Shown here in pieces: positions 13,369 through 26,155 of a stretch of 64,000 nucleotides of DNA. Made by a program: the position numbers and the translations under genes. Position 1 is the stretch's first letter. Each line of letters starts with the position of its first letter. The notes under the pieces were generated by a model, which was not told the DNA's origin, did not search any database, and saw nothing but the letters and a program-made list of their open reading frames with translations. This stretch comes from Octopus sinensis (Eukaryota), in the NCBI RefSeq assembly GCF_006345805.1, contig NC_043000.1, positions 127,472,001 to 127,536,000 of the forward strand, in the 5' to 3' direction.

Positions 13369-13720
13369 CATGTGAGTGAGAGTATGTAAGTTGGGTGAGT
13401 GTTTGAGTGAATGTAAGCCTGCATGAATATGTATATGTGAGCGTGTGTGAGTATATGTATGTAATTGTGCGTGAATGTATTATTGAGTATGTATTTGAGT
13501 ATGTTTGGGTGTAAAAGGAAAAGAGAAAAATATTATGCGTGTGTGTGTGTGCATGTGGTCTTTGTGGGTGTGTGTGCAAGTGTGTGTGCATGCATGTGTG
13601 TGCATGCATGTGTGTGCATGCATGGGTGTGGGTGTGTATGTGCAAGTATGTGTATATGTGCAAGTATGTGTGCATGTGTGTATGCAAGTGTGTGTGCAGG
13701 TGTATAAGCATGCATGTAAG
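13090..13720. repeat. Long degenerate (GT)n/(GTAT)/(GCAT) simple repeat
   Basis: Source of several His/Thr and Val/Cys pseudo-ORFs. Confidence 0.95.
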
Positions 13721-14573
13721 CACAGCTAATCTGTTCTCAAGACACATTGCAGGTGGTTGCTGTGTAAGTTTTTGATTTTAATAGTATTAGGCACATCAGA
13801 GACAAATCTGCTTTAAAACATGATGTTAGCCTGTTACAAATCAAGTTTTCCAAAAAGATTTGGTAACTATTCTGAAGTAAATAGTATTTAGTCATGGCCA
13901 GAGATGCAAAATAACACCTTCAGTAGAATACAAATTCATATAATTTATACACTATCTTCACCTCTAGTTATTTCGTTATAATGAATTGACCTACAATATG
14001 TTTCTAACAACAACAGCATGTGTAGTACTTGTGAAGGTGTGTGGCTTAGAGGTTAGGGTAATTACTTGATGGTTGTAAGACCATGAGTTTGTTTCTCAGC
14101 AGTACATTATGTCCATGAGCAAGCCACATTGCTACAGTTCACTCAGCTGTCAAAAATGAGTAATACCCATATTTCAAAGGGCCAGGTCTTGTCACATCAT
14201 GCCACACCAAATCTCTCTGGATACTACATTAAGGGTATGAATGTCTGTGGAGTGCTCAGCCACTTGCACATTAATTTCAAGAGCTGGCTGTTTTGTTGAT
14301 CGGGTCAACTGGAACCCTTGTCATCGTAACCGACAGAATGCCATTTTATGTGTAATGCAATTCCTTTTGGCGGTTATCATACTTTTTCTTTTGATTGCTG
14401 CTTTATATTAATTTAGTTACAACCAAGTGCTAACATGCTATCTTAAAGGTAGCAGACTGGTCCTGATATGGGCTTTTGTATGTGGAAGTTTGTTTTCACT
14501 TGAAGGTGATAGGGTGACACAAACTTTTTTATTATACCTTTTCACCCATTATCTATCAAACATACAAACTGTA

Positions 14574-14605
<32 letters not shown>

Positions 14606-16218
14606 TATCTCTCTCTCTACTATTTCATCTGCTCCATTTCTATATAATTTCAGTGAATCAGTAAACTCTATCCAAATAAATCAATATATTGAAACTGGCA
14701 CTTTTGTGTATGTATATGGTTATGTATATATGTATATATATGTGTGTAGACAAGCATGTAGGTATGTGGTATACACACGCATGTATATTTATTTACATAT
14801 TATATACAGAAACATGCGTAACCATAAATATAAACATAAATATGTGTTAGTTGAGGGAGTCTGTGTGTTTGTATATACATGTAGGTATGTATATGTGTGT
14901 GTCTGTAAATGTATGTCTATGTATGTATACATGTATGTCGATATGGATATTTTTGTGTGTGTGTGTGTGTGCACGCGCAAATTGTTACAGGATACACTCA
15001 CAAACTTAGATGTTTCAGTGACATTAATTCCACCGTTTTGATAGGATTGTGTAATTTGGTATTCACTGATGGTAAATTCAAAATGATAATGATGGTGATG
15101 GTGATGATGATGAGGATGATGAGGATGAACAGCAACAAAGGAGGAAAAAAAGTAGGCCAAATGGAAGGAAAGAAAAATTTCGAACAGTGAAATAAATAAA
15201 GAAAAAAAGAAAGAAAGAAAGCGGACTAATTGGGAAAAGAGACCAACAAAACAATAACGAATAATAATATTAGAGAAGACACTAAAACAAGCTACAGACA
15301 GTATTTAGCGATAACATTATGGATGTATACATTGTTGTGTGGTTAGGAAGTCTGCTTCACAATAATATACTTCTGGGTTCAACCCCAACTACCCAACACC
15401 TTGAGCATGTTTTTTTTTTCCATAACCTTCTGAATGAAATTTGGTAAATGGAAACTATCTGAAAGTCTGTGAGAAGGACTGTTCTTGTTTACAGATGGTA
15501 GACTTAATCCCATCAGCGGGTTTAGTGCCACTGTCATGTGCCCGGGTCCATCTAGTAGAGTACGCTCTGGTCTCAGAAAAATATCCTCAGTGCAGGCCCT
15601 GAAAGGATCGTCTATATGATCCTTCTGCTGAGCAAACTATACAAAAAAAAACTCAAATCAAATTTTTAAAATTAAACAGGTGTGACTGTGTGGTAAAAAG
15701 CTTGCTTTTCAACTGCATGGTTCTGAGTTAAATCCCACTGCATAACACCTTGGGCAAGTGCCTTCTACTATAGCCTTGGGCCAACCAAAGCCTTGCGAGT
15801 GGATTTGATAGATGGAAACTGAAAGAAGTCTTTTGTATGTATGCATGTGTTTGTGTGTGTGTGTGTGTGTGCATGTGTGTGAGTGTGCATCTGTGTGTGT
15901 GTATATATCTGTGTATGTGTACGGGGATGTAAAGACACCTGTACCAGTTGTCAAGCGGTGATGGGAGACAAACACACACACACAGATATACACACACACA
16001 CACATGCATGTAAGTGTGTGTGTGTTTGTCCCCTATCACCATTTGACAACTGGTGCAGGTGTCTTTACATCTCCATAAATTAGCAGTTCAGCAGAAGAGA
16101 CCAATGGAATAAGTACTAGGCTTTAAAAAGTAAGTCCTGGTGTCGATTTGTTCAAGTAAAGCCCTTCAAGGTGTGCTCCAGTTTAGCCACATCCAAATGA
16201 CTGAAACAAGTAAGAGGA

Positions 16219-16579
16219 GGCGAGCTGGCAGAAATGTTAGCACGCTTAGTGGTATTTTGTCTGCTGTTATGTTCTGAGTTCAAATTCAACCGAGGTCGAC
16301 TTTGCCTTTCATCCAGCTATGCACTGGTGTCGATATAAACGACTTAATCCGTTTGTCCCCTCTGTGTGTAGCCCCTTGTGGGCAGTAAAGAAATAGGTAT
16401 TTCATCTGCTGTTACATTCTGAGTTCAAATTCCACTGAGGTCGACTTTGCCTTTCATCCTTTCGGGATCGATAAATTTAGTACCAGTTACGCACTGGGGT
16501 AGATGTAATCGACTTAATCCGTTTGTCTGTCCTTGTTTGTCCCCTCTGTGTTTAGCCCCTTGTGGGCAATAAAGAAATA
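16219..16579 (+). mobile_element. SINE family A (ggcgagctggcagaa...aataaagaaata), two adjacent copies
   Basis: Shared core gagttcaaattc...gaggtcgactttgcctttcatcc, repeated many times in the window. Confidence 0.85.
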
Positions 16580-16635
16580 TGAAACAAGTAAAAGATAAAA
16601 GATTAAAAAAAAAAGAAAAAAAAGACATAACTCAC

Positions 16636-16832
16636 CTTCTGCATCTATTAACCGAGGAATTCCCAGTTGGACTTCAGCAGTGGAGAAAGCATACTCAAGA
16701 TTGACTCTGGCCGGCTGTTGTTTCGTTCGTTCTAAATCTACCAAATCTGGACGGATGTTGTGTATCATGGCATTAAAAGCAACTCCATCTCGCCAACTCT
16801 TCCCAAAGTCTGTCACCGGGATACCATAATGC
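16636..16832 (-). CDS. SYNE1: SYNE1 homolog CH2 exon: (K)HYGIPVTDFGKSWRDGVAFNAMIHNIRPDLVDLERTKQQPARVNLEYAFSTAEVQLGIPRLIDAE(D)
   Basis: ttttattttcag|GCATTAT...GCAGAAG|gtgagt; 197 bp, phase 2 to 1; CH2 motifs DFGKSWRDG and LGIPRL. Confidence 0.98.
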
Positions 16833-17864
16833 CTGAAAATAAAAACAGCCAGAACATTAATTAGGAAATAAAGCTGCGTTCATAGACATCAGGTTAATTG
16901 TCATTGTTAATAATCTGCTGTAGGCATCAATGTATGTTGTATTTCAGATATATTATAGTATATTATATAGTATTGCTTATAATGGTGTTATGCAGTGGTA
17001 TAGTAAGGTGTACAAGGGTAGGATGGACAAAACTATCAAGCTCATGGAAGAATGAAAAAAACTACCTATATGATGAAACAGTGTTGTCGATGGTAATGAT
17101 GGTGATGATAATGGTAGTGACGACAAAGACAATGATGATGGTAGTAATGGTGGTGGTGGTGGTAATGGTATTGATGATGGTGATCAGGTGGTGGTAGTGG
17201 TTGTGGTGGTGATGGTAGTGACGGTGGTAGTGGTTATTTGTGGTGATGGTATTGATGATGGTGATCAGAAGGTGGTTGGAGACATGACAATGATGATTTG
17301 TAATAAAGTTGATGGAAAACTTCAGATTAAGGTGGACAGCACACGACTTTAAAATTTGGTCACAAAATAACATATCTGTGTAAGCACGTGTGAATGCAAA
17401 AATTATATACAACACATAGACACACATACTGCACTGTTATACAAATTAGGGCAGATGACTTTAGTTCTAACCAAGTTTGTGTACACTATAAATAGAAGCT
17501 GTTAATCCCTCTGTAATCAGGGATTGAGTTACCAATATCTGATGAAGCAGTAATAAGCACTGAAACTAATCAGGTTCTTCTCATTTTTTTTATTTTTTGC
17601 ACCATACAGGTAACAAACATGTGGTTTTACAAGCTTCTACTTTTCACAGGGAAGTTGAATGTCTGTTTACTAGAAACACCATATTTCAGTAAATTAACTT
17701 TACAAGTATGGGAGTGTGTATATGCATATGTATATATTTGGGACTAAGAAAGGCATCTAGTCATAGAAACATTGCCAAAGCATACACTGTAGACCAACGC
17801 AGCACTCAGGATAGTCAGACCCTGTCAGATTGCCCAATCCATATCAGCATAGAATACAGGTATT

Positions 17865-18099
17865 AAGGCGGCAAGCTGGCAGAAGCGTTAGCACGTCAGG
17901 CGAAATGCTTAGCTGTATTTCATCTGCCGTTATGTTCTGAGTTCAAATTCCGCTGAGGATGATTTTGTCTTTCATCCTTTCGGGGTTGATAAATTAAGTA
18001 CCAGTTATGCACTGGGTTGATGTAATCAACTTAATCCCTTTGTCTGTCCTTGTTTGTCCTCTCTATGTTTAGCCCCTTGTGGGAAATAAAGAAATAAGA
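17865..18099 (+). mobile_element. SINE family A copy
   Basis: Full-length match to the family; other copies at ~21425-21760(-), 24400-24790, 29247-29790, 30241-30421, 48815-48982(-). Confidence 0.85.
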
Positions 18100-18288
18100 C
18101 TACAGGCATTGAAAGGTAATTTTGATGGTGATGATGGGTGGGTGTGTGCATGTGTACAATTAAAAAGATGGCACATGAAGACAACAAAGAATTCTATATG
18201 TAAAATGAAAATAGCATAAACAGACAAATGGCAACCGCTGATGGGATTACACTTGTATGCATATTGATGACAAGAAATGGTTTATTAC

Positions 18289-18413
18289 TTTGTAACTGCA
18301 TTGGCTGTCCAATTAAGTAAGGCTTTCTTTACACTTTCTTTCGGTCCCTTCTTCACAGCTGGTGCTCCATCAGCAGTTTCTTGTGATTGAGTTTGTTCTG
18401 TTATTCGTTCAAT
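18289..18413 (-). CDS. SYNE1: SYNE1 homolog CH1-CH2 linker and CH2 start: IERITEQTQSQETADGAPAVKKGPKESVKKALLNWTANAVT(K)
   Basis: ctattttttag|ATTGAA...GTTACAAA|gtaata; 125 bp, phase 0 to 2; the KKALLxW motif begins CH2. Confidence 0.95.
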
Positions 18414-21103
18414 CTAAAAAATAGAATATTTCAAATGAAAAGATATAAAATTGCATGAGTTTTGCTGTATGATGCACTGAAGAGTACAAGAGCAATACCT
18501 TCAAAAGGGAAGATCAGATAGCTTGACCCCATCTTATATGTTTAGCTACTAAAATCACCAACATTGTCTTCATCATTCAGTAAAAGGTAAAAGGGTAGCC
18601 CTTATGGCATTTTTGATGCTTCCAAGAGGAATTTATCTACAGACTGGAAACCTAGACTGGATGTGGCAACATCATAGCTTCTGCTAAATACATCCAAGAT
18701 CCCTATAGTTGTATTAAACTGAGCAACAAATTAAGTCTATCTTTACTAACTAACTGGGACTCCATCAGGGCTATAGTAGAAGACACTTGCCCAAGGTGCC
18801 ATGCAATAGGACTGAACCTGCAAACTATATGGTTGGGAAGCAAACTTCTTAACCACATAGTCATGCCTGTGTCTATACGTAACTACAATAAATGGATTCA
18901 TTCACTTGAGACAGCATCAGATTAAAATAACTATGTGTTTTATAAAGAATAGACAAATGTCGACTGGCATCTACTGTAATATTTTTGTGTCAGAGAAATG
19001 CTTGGTGTCTTTTAATGCATGAAGTCTTAGGAGACTTCACATATTAAAAACACAGTGTTTATCAGGTGGATCAAGCTGAAACACTGGTAGCTAACAGTCC
19101 ACTGATGTCAGCCTGAGTAAACTGCATTTTTCACACAGAAAGTCTTTTAAGAGAAGCTTCTCTGTGACAAAATATTATAGTATCATCATCATCCACTAGC
19201 CTGAACTAAAAAGTCTTTCAATAAACCACAAAGAAACCAGCCTTTATAATTGAATGAAAAATTTCCAACAATAAAACGAGATTTATAATACTACAGCCAC
19301 AAGATGATTTTCCATATATGTATAAAAATATTCAGATTCATACTCTAAGGTGGACCTAGCATTTCATAAATGGAGCTGAAGAAAATAAGTAGCACACAAA
19401 GCACAATTGGGTCAATGTAATTGTCTAAATCCCTTGAAGACAGTGCCCCAGCTTGACCACAATCAAGAACGACTGAAACCAGTAAATGAACAAAGTAAGA
19501 AAGGATAAGTTTCAAACAAAGACCTCATGGTTGTGAAGTGAAATCGATCGAGAAAGAATTTCTCAAATTACTGCTCTATAAGATCGATGCAAACTTCTGA
19601 ATTACACAGCCATATGAGCGTCTAATTAATATCACCAATATAAACATATTTCAGTATTTAGTACTGTTCTTCACTAGGTTCTCATATAAATGCTTAATCA
19701 TGTGTCAATGCAAATAATTATACGATTACATCCACTAACGCATAAGTGTTACACATAAAAAAAAATAATGCGAACAACTAGGCATGAGTTGCGTCCCTTA
19801 AATTTTATAGTATACGAGTTATTTCCCTTTATACACCAAATCGAACTTTTCAAAAAGTGGCCAATTGCCTCGACTTAAAATATTTCCAGATATCAATCAA
19901 TCAATCAACGACAGTAATAAATTTGCTTAGGAGATAGTTCATCGTTCAACAAGCAACAAAACGCCCGTTAACGTTTATAGATATCACAAATAAGCATTTT
20001 ATCTTGAATACTGCATTAGGACAGACTTTAAATAAGACAGAAGCATGAAGGTTATACAAGAAAATTCTCTTCAAGCGGAGATCATCATCACTGCCTTGCG
20101 CTTTCGAAGATGTCGACTAAATTTCTCAAATAGATACAATCTATATTTTGATGAAAACTATATCTTCTCTAATCTCAAATTATCTTTCAACTCTTCTACC
20201 ATTTACTCTACATAATGTATATACACACGCGTGTGTTTGTGTGTATGCTTGTGTGTGTGCGAGAGAGAGAGAATTTGTGGTTGGGGTATACTAATGCTTC
20301 TTTATATGTCAAGTTGTATATAAAAACGGTTTAACATTAACTTGAAGCTTATATTTTGTTTCTGGATTTTGTTTGTAAGATTGTTTATGAGTTTGTGTGT
20401 TGAAGCATATTTATAAAAATAAAAATAAGAAAGAAAGTGGAAATTTTACCGGTGAGTGTGTTACATTATAAGGCACAAAAAGAAAATGACTCTGTCCAGA
20501 CACAACAGAATTAACTTGAAGAATTATTCAATATTTTTTGTAGAATACATATTTATTATACTTTTATACTTCTCTACAATTTTCTTCAAGCAAATTTCAC
20601 TCACAAGACGCTGGTCAACTAGAAGCTATAGGAGAAAATAAAAATACTTGCTCAAGGTGCTATGGTCCCAAACCATGTAGTTTCAAAGTGAATTTCGTAA
20701 CTACACAGCCATGTGAAAGAACATATGGAAACATGCGTGTGTGTGTGTGTACGTATTTATATTAAAAAAAAACAATGTTGTTTATATTTATATCTCTTAA
20801 TTAGGGATAATTAAGTGACTCAATAAATAAAGATCAATAAAATAAATACCAGATCGATGCTCACTAGGATCAGTATACTCAACTAAACCCCAGCATATCC
20901 ACAATGCAAAGAATGAGACCACTAAAAGTGCAAAACCGCATTAACTCTTCCTCCCTCACAGAAACTACTTTTCAAACAATCTTTAATCAACATTAGTCTC
21001 ACTAATCAACTGCAAGCCACTTATCAGAAGCTATGTCTTTCGGCGGTAAATTGTTGCCTATCCCAAGCAGAGTAACATAGCTGTAGATACAAAACTTACT
21101 TAC

Positions 21104-21196
21104 CTGTAGATATAAGATGATCATCCAGATGAGACCAAGAACAATGGTTGGTTTGCCATCAGCAATGTCTGATGGATTGATGTTCACTAATTTGAT
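21104..21196 (-). CDS. SYNE1: SYNE1 homolog CH1 C-terminal exon: [31 protein letters not shown]
   Basis: ctttaaattag|ATCAAA...CTACAG|gtaagt; 93 bp, phase 0-0; contains the actin-binding-site motif IKLVNI...DIADG...IVLGLIW. Confidence 0.98.
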
Positions 21197-21799
21197 CTAA
21201 TTTAAAGAAACATAATGTTTTGGTAGAATAAGGTATGCATACAGATTATATAGATCATTAATATAACATAAATCAACTTTGCATATAATATACACGGTCA
21301 TCTCATAATAGAAACAGACACACGCACATGTGTATGTGCATATACACACATACACACTTTTTATTTTCTTAGTCTAGGCACAAGGCCCGAAATTTGGGGG
21401 AGGGGGCCATTCGATTAGGTTTACCACAATATGTAACTGGTACTTAATTTATCAACCCCGAAAGGAAGAAGGGCAAAATTGACCTTGGCAGAATTCGAAC
21501 TCAGAATGTAAAGACAGACGAAATACCTATTTCTTTACTTCCCACAAGAGGCTAAACACAGAGGGGGCAAACAAGGACAGACAAATGGATTAAGTCGATT
21601 ACAGCGACCCCAGTACGTACCTGGTACTTAATTTATCGACCCCGAAAGGATGAAAGGCAAAGTCGACCTCAGTGGAATTTGAACTCAGAATGTAAAGTCA
21701 GACGAAATAACGGTAAGCATTTCGCCTGGCACGCTAACGTTTCTGTCAGTTTGCCGCCTTTATACACTCACTTATATAAGTTTACTAAATTTGTATATG

Positions 21800-23520
21800 C
21801 ACATTGTATAATTGTAACTCCCTCAAACATTTTATTTTAAGAGGTGCAACTAATCTGAAGTAATGGCAGAAACAAGACTAAACTTCGAGAAAGGAAACTG
21901 ATCTTAAAGTGCAACTGTAAGTATGAGAATGCAACTGAAGTGCAAAAGCAGTTTATCAAGGAGTTTCAACCAATTCACATATGTGGATCACCATTACTTA
22001 TATAAGAGATAAGTTTGAAACAAATACGACTGTCCAAGACATCCATAAAGGAAATTCTGAAAGAATTTGATCATACTCTAGCCCAAAATTAGAAGCAGAA
22101 CTATTAGAAAGTCTCCATCACTCTCAAAGTGAATCTTTTGACAGAAAGCCTGTATGACAAGAATGCCAAAACCAAACATCCATTACATAGTGAAGTGTGT
22201 TCATTGGTAAAGGTAAACTCCAGCATTATTCCACTGCTTCTTTAACCAGGAAGTTGAAATATAATAAAAATACAATAATAATGAAATTATTGTATACAGT
22301 GCTCAGGTGCACCACAACTTGTCAAAAGTGCATATAAAGCATATACAGTAATGTATAAATGTCTGGAAAGTGAACAGTGTGTGAGTTAGATACATGCTTG
22401 CGTGTGTATGGAGGGGAGAAAATCAGGTGTAGTGTTGGTGAATCTCAGGAAGCATGGAAGTTTTGAAGGATGCAATTTTGTGAGTAGTACCCCAAAAAAG
22501 GTGCAGAGGATACACAGTTTCCAAAAGAGAGATTGTCTGAAGCAATGAAGGTGCATTTAAGTTAAAAGACTCAGTTGCTCACTACAATGCACCTACATGA
22601 CACATGAGAACCCACATATCACTGCAACTAGCCAGATGTAACAGTGTGGTGTGGATTATCAGTATTGGGCATAAGAGGACCGTTCTTTTTTGAAAACCAT
22701 CATTGGTCCTGGAGGCACATGGCTTAGTGGTTAGAGCAGCAAACTCATGGTCAAGGAATCACAGGTTCGAATCTCAGACTGGGTGATGTGTGTGTTTATG
22801 AGCGAAAACACCTAAGCTCCACGCAGCTCCAGCAGAAGGTAATGGCGACTTCTGTTGACTCTTTCACCACAACTTTCTCTCACTCTTTCCTCCTACATTT
22901 TGCAGCTCACCTGTGACGGACTGGCATCCCATCCAGGTGGGGAACCTATACACCAAGGAAACTGGGAAACCAGCCCTAATGAGCCCGGCGTGGCTCGAGA
23001 AGGAACAAACAGCAACATCATTGGTCCTGTTTATCAGAACATGCTGCAAGAATCTGTCACATCATGCATTCAAGAGAAATCAGGAGGTAAAGAGTTTTAT
23101 TTCCAGTAAGATGGAGTACCTCCCCACTACTATAATTGTGCAAGGGCTTATCATAATGAAAATATACTGAATAGATGCATTGAACAAAGAGGTAAAACTG
23201 AATATTCACCACACATTCACCAGAACTCACATCTATTGGCTCTTTTTAGTGGGATATATCAAAGATAAGGTTTATAGTAGAAAACCTGCAACAGCCAATG
23301 AGCTGAGAGCAGGAACTGAAAAAGAATGCACCCAAATAACCAATTGGAATGATTTGTAATGTAATTCCATCAGTCTGCATCATCAGCAGTGACTAGATTC
23401 AGAAAGGTCATAAGTTCAAACAACTATAACTTAAATTCTACATTTATTGTCTTCAACTTAGGTTATAAAACCTAATTATAACATAACTTGTTATAATTAT
23501 CAAATTGTGTATACATTTTC
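21800..23520 (+). mobile_element. Highly decayed Tc1/mariner-superfamily element (DUF4817-like N-terminus) with LINE-tail and SINE insertions
   Basis: MAETRLNFEK...KYENATEVQKQF...IRDKFETN.TVQDIHK near 21865-22050 and YIKDKVYSRKP..ANELRAG near 23260-23340; boundaries approximate. Confidence 0.7.
22711..23016 (+). mobile_element. tRNA-derived SINE family D with 13-bp TSD
   Basis: Head ggaggcacatggcttagtggttagagc...ggttcgaatc (A and B boxes), (AAC)-like tail; TSD catcattggtcct at 22698-22710 and 23016-23028. Confidence 0.9.
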
Positions 23521-24097
23521 TTTTTCTTTGAGACTATATCAGTTCAGTAGTTTTTATCACAGAGACTTTATTTCTTCTGACATAGAAATTGGAAGCCTGA
23601 AGATAACTAGAGAACGGACCAATCAAAATGTAACATAGATCATAGCAAGTACCAACGATAGTCTGGAAACTTCAAAATTAATAAAGTGTCTCAACATTTT
23701 AATCTCAAGTACCATATTTGAGAGTATAAAAGATACACGAGCATATAAGATTCATCCCAATTTTATCAAGGCATATTCAGGAAAAAGAGTTTTTAGAACT
23801 CATGAGAAAGCCTATTTCACATATAGGACCTGGGGTGACATTTTTGAGACATTTTAGTTTTTGCAAAAAAATGCATCTTAAAAACCATCAAATACAGTAA
23901 GTGATGTATCACAAGATATGTCACAAGATACATAGTTTTACATGTATGATAAACTTTCTTGGTACAACTTCACATAGAATCTAAATGATTAAAATAATGA
24001 AGAAAAACAAATAGCCCATATTTTATACTTTCTTTCAAACTTATACATTCATGAAGAAATTTAAGGCACAAAACAAACTTATCAGAAATTTTCTTAC

Positions 24098-24181
24098 CTT
24101 TTTCTTCTCCAAGAAGTTTAAGGCACAAGTTATATTGCTGACAAAATGGATTTTCTTCATCTTGGCTCCTTTTTCCTTTGG
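24098..24181 (-). CDS. SYNE1: SYNE1 homolog CH1 exon: PKEKGAKMKKIHFVSNITCALNFLEKKK
   Basis: cattacatag|CCAAAG...GAAAAAG|gtaaga; 84 bp, phase 0-0; corresponds to the PxExG...H..N...AL.FL segment of nesprin CH1. Confidence 0.95.
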
Positions 24182-25925
24182 CTATGTAATGAGTAAAAAA
24201 AGAAACAATGACAGTTAAAATGCTTAATTGAAGACACATATAACCATATTTAGTATCTTAGATACAGATAATCATTTTACTTTCTTTAACTTTGCTGTTT
24301 TATATATTTCCCAAATACCTATTCTCTTAAAGACATGATGTATATGCAAGAAATATTATTCTTAGATTCACCTTATGACATTTATTATTGAGCTGGTAAA
24401 ATTGTTAGAGCACTGGACAAAATTCTTTAAAACATTTTGTGGCATTTCTCCTGGCTCTCAATATTCTGGGTTCAAATCTTGCCAAGGTCAGCTTTGTTTT
24501 TCTCTTTTAGGGGTTGATAAAATAAAGTACCAGTCAAATATTGGGATTAATATAAGCAACTAACTCCACTCTCCACAAATTTCTGGCCAAATTGCCTAAA
24601 TTAACAACAATCATTATTATCATTAAGGTGTTGGATTGGCAGAACTGTTAGAGCATCAGACAAAATGCATTGTGCTACTTGTTCTAACTCTATACATTCT
24701 GAGTTCAAATCCTGCAAAGGTCACCATTGCCTTTCAAAATAAAGTATCAGTCATGAATTGGAGGTCAATGATATCAGCTAATCCCTTCAAAATCTGCTGT
24801 CTTTGAGCCTATATTAATAACAGCAATAATAATAATAATCCTTTCTACTAAAGGCACAAGGCCTGAAATTCCACTAGGAATTGTAATCACAATCTGGCAA
24901 TCATGAGTGCATTACCCTAACCACTAGGCTATGCACCCTCATATATATATATATATATATATTATATGCACACACACACACATTTCAAATGCAAGCATCA
25001 CTGAGTGGTTAAGGAGCTAACTTCACAACCATGAGGTCAGAGTTCATTCTCACTGTGTGACATCTTGAGCAAGTGTCTTTACTATAGCTTGGATTGACCT
25101 AAGTTTTTATGATTGAATTTGGGTGGATAGATACTATATAGAAACTTGTTAGAAGAACTCTAACTTTTATAGAGCTCTGCTCTATAAGCCTGCAAGTTCA
25201 AATCACACTTAAATAGTAGTGCTTCAATACAATGTATAGAAATGAGTTGCCTCTATACCTACAGTAGATGTTATCTGTTACCGATGGTCAGATTTCATAT
25301 TAATATCTTCAACAAGTATATAAGCTAAGTTCAAGAACTGAAGTAAGATTTAAGTTGAGCTGTATAATAAATTCTTTTTCACCTTTTCCTTACCATATTT
25401 CTACTGAGATATACAGCTTTAGCAAAATAAATTTGTTATTATTAAAGCTGGTATTTGGGACATAATGACAAATTCTGATGGTAGGTTTTAATTTAGCTCA
25501 CTTTAAAACACAAAGTTTTGTATCATAGAACCAAGGGTGGTCTCAGGTATTTTGGTATTTTCAAATCAACCACAAAAGAAAATGCTAAGAATAATTTTAT
25601 GACTAGTTAGTCTCATTGATAATTTTAAAGTGTGTATGTTAAGCAATTAATCACCAAGATATGTTGACAAGCTAATTCTCAATAACTTACAAACAAGTAA
25701 TATAAGCAACCTCTCAGGTGGTGAGCTGGTACACTGAAGGTAGGGGTCATTTAAAATCAACACTCAATCTTTCAAAAGCTTGAGTAGATTTAATTACTGA
25801 TGAAACAGAGGTTTTAGTAAAGCGAGGTTTCACCTCACAACATATTACACAATTGTTAGTTATACATTTTACATCATCTGCGGAGTAAGGTAAATTCTTA
25901 ACTTTAATATAATGAAACAATCGTG

Positions 25926-26155
25926 TGATCCCAGGATGACACAGCGCTGCATGAATATGATACAGTTCATTATCAGTCGTAGCTGCGCAATAAGTACACG
26001 ATAAAGTATCAGATGCAACATTAAACTTGCCTTGGCGGTAAATGATATCAAATTTATTAATGTTGCATCTGATACTTTATCGCGTACTTATTGCGCAGCT
26101 ACGACTGATAATGAACTGTATCATATTCATGCAGCGCTGTGTCATCCTGGGATCA
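25926..26155. repeat. Near-perfect inverted repeat (99-bp arms, 32-bp spacer) inside Gypsy pol
   Basis: 25926-26024 is the reverse complement of 26057-26155 with one mismatch. Confidence 0.97.

Noticed and set aside
12946-13775. Long His/Thr- or Cys/Val-rich ORFs (up to 235 aa)
   Set aside because: Translations of (CA)n/(GT)n degenerate repeats.
15460-15640. Open minus-strand frame after a ttttgtatag acceptor as a possible extra nesprin exon
   Set aside because: In the required phase 1 it hits a stop after 16 codons and would interrupt CH2.
22711-22775. tRNA-like sequences at SINE heads
   Set aside because: They continue into SINE bodies with tails and TSDs and lack a proper acceptor stem; not tRNA genes.
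22810-22860. HDV-ribozyme-like string cagcagaaggtaatggcga..ttctg in SINE D
   Set aside because: Only a simple gcagaag/cttctgc hairpin with an 11-nt loop; no room for P1, P3 and P4 of the double pseudoknot.
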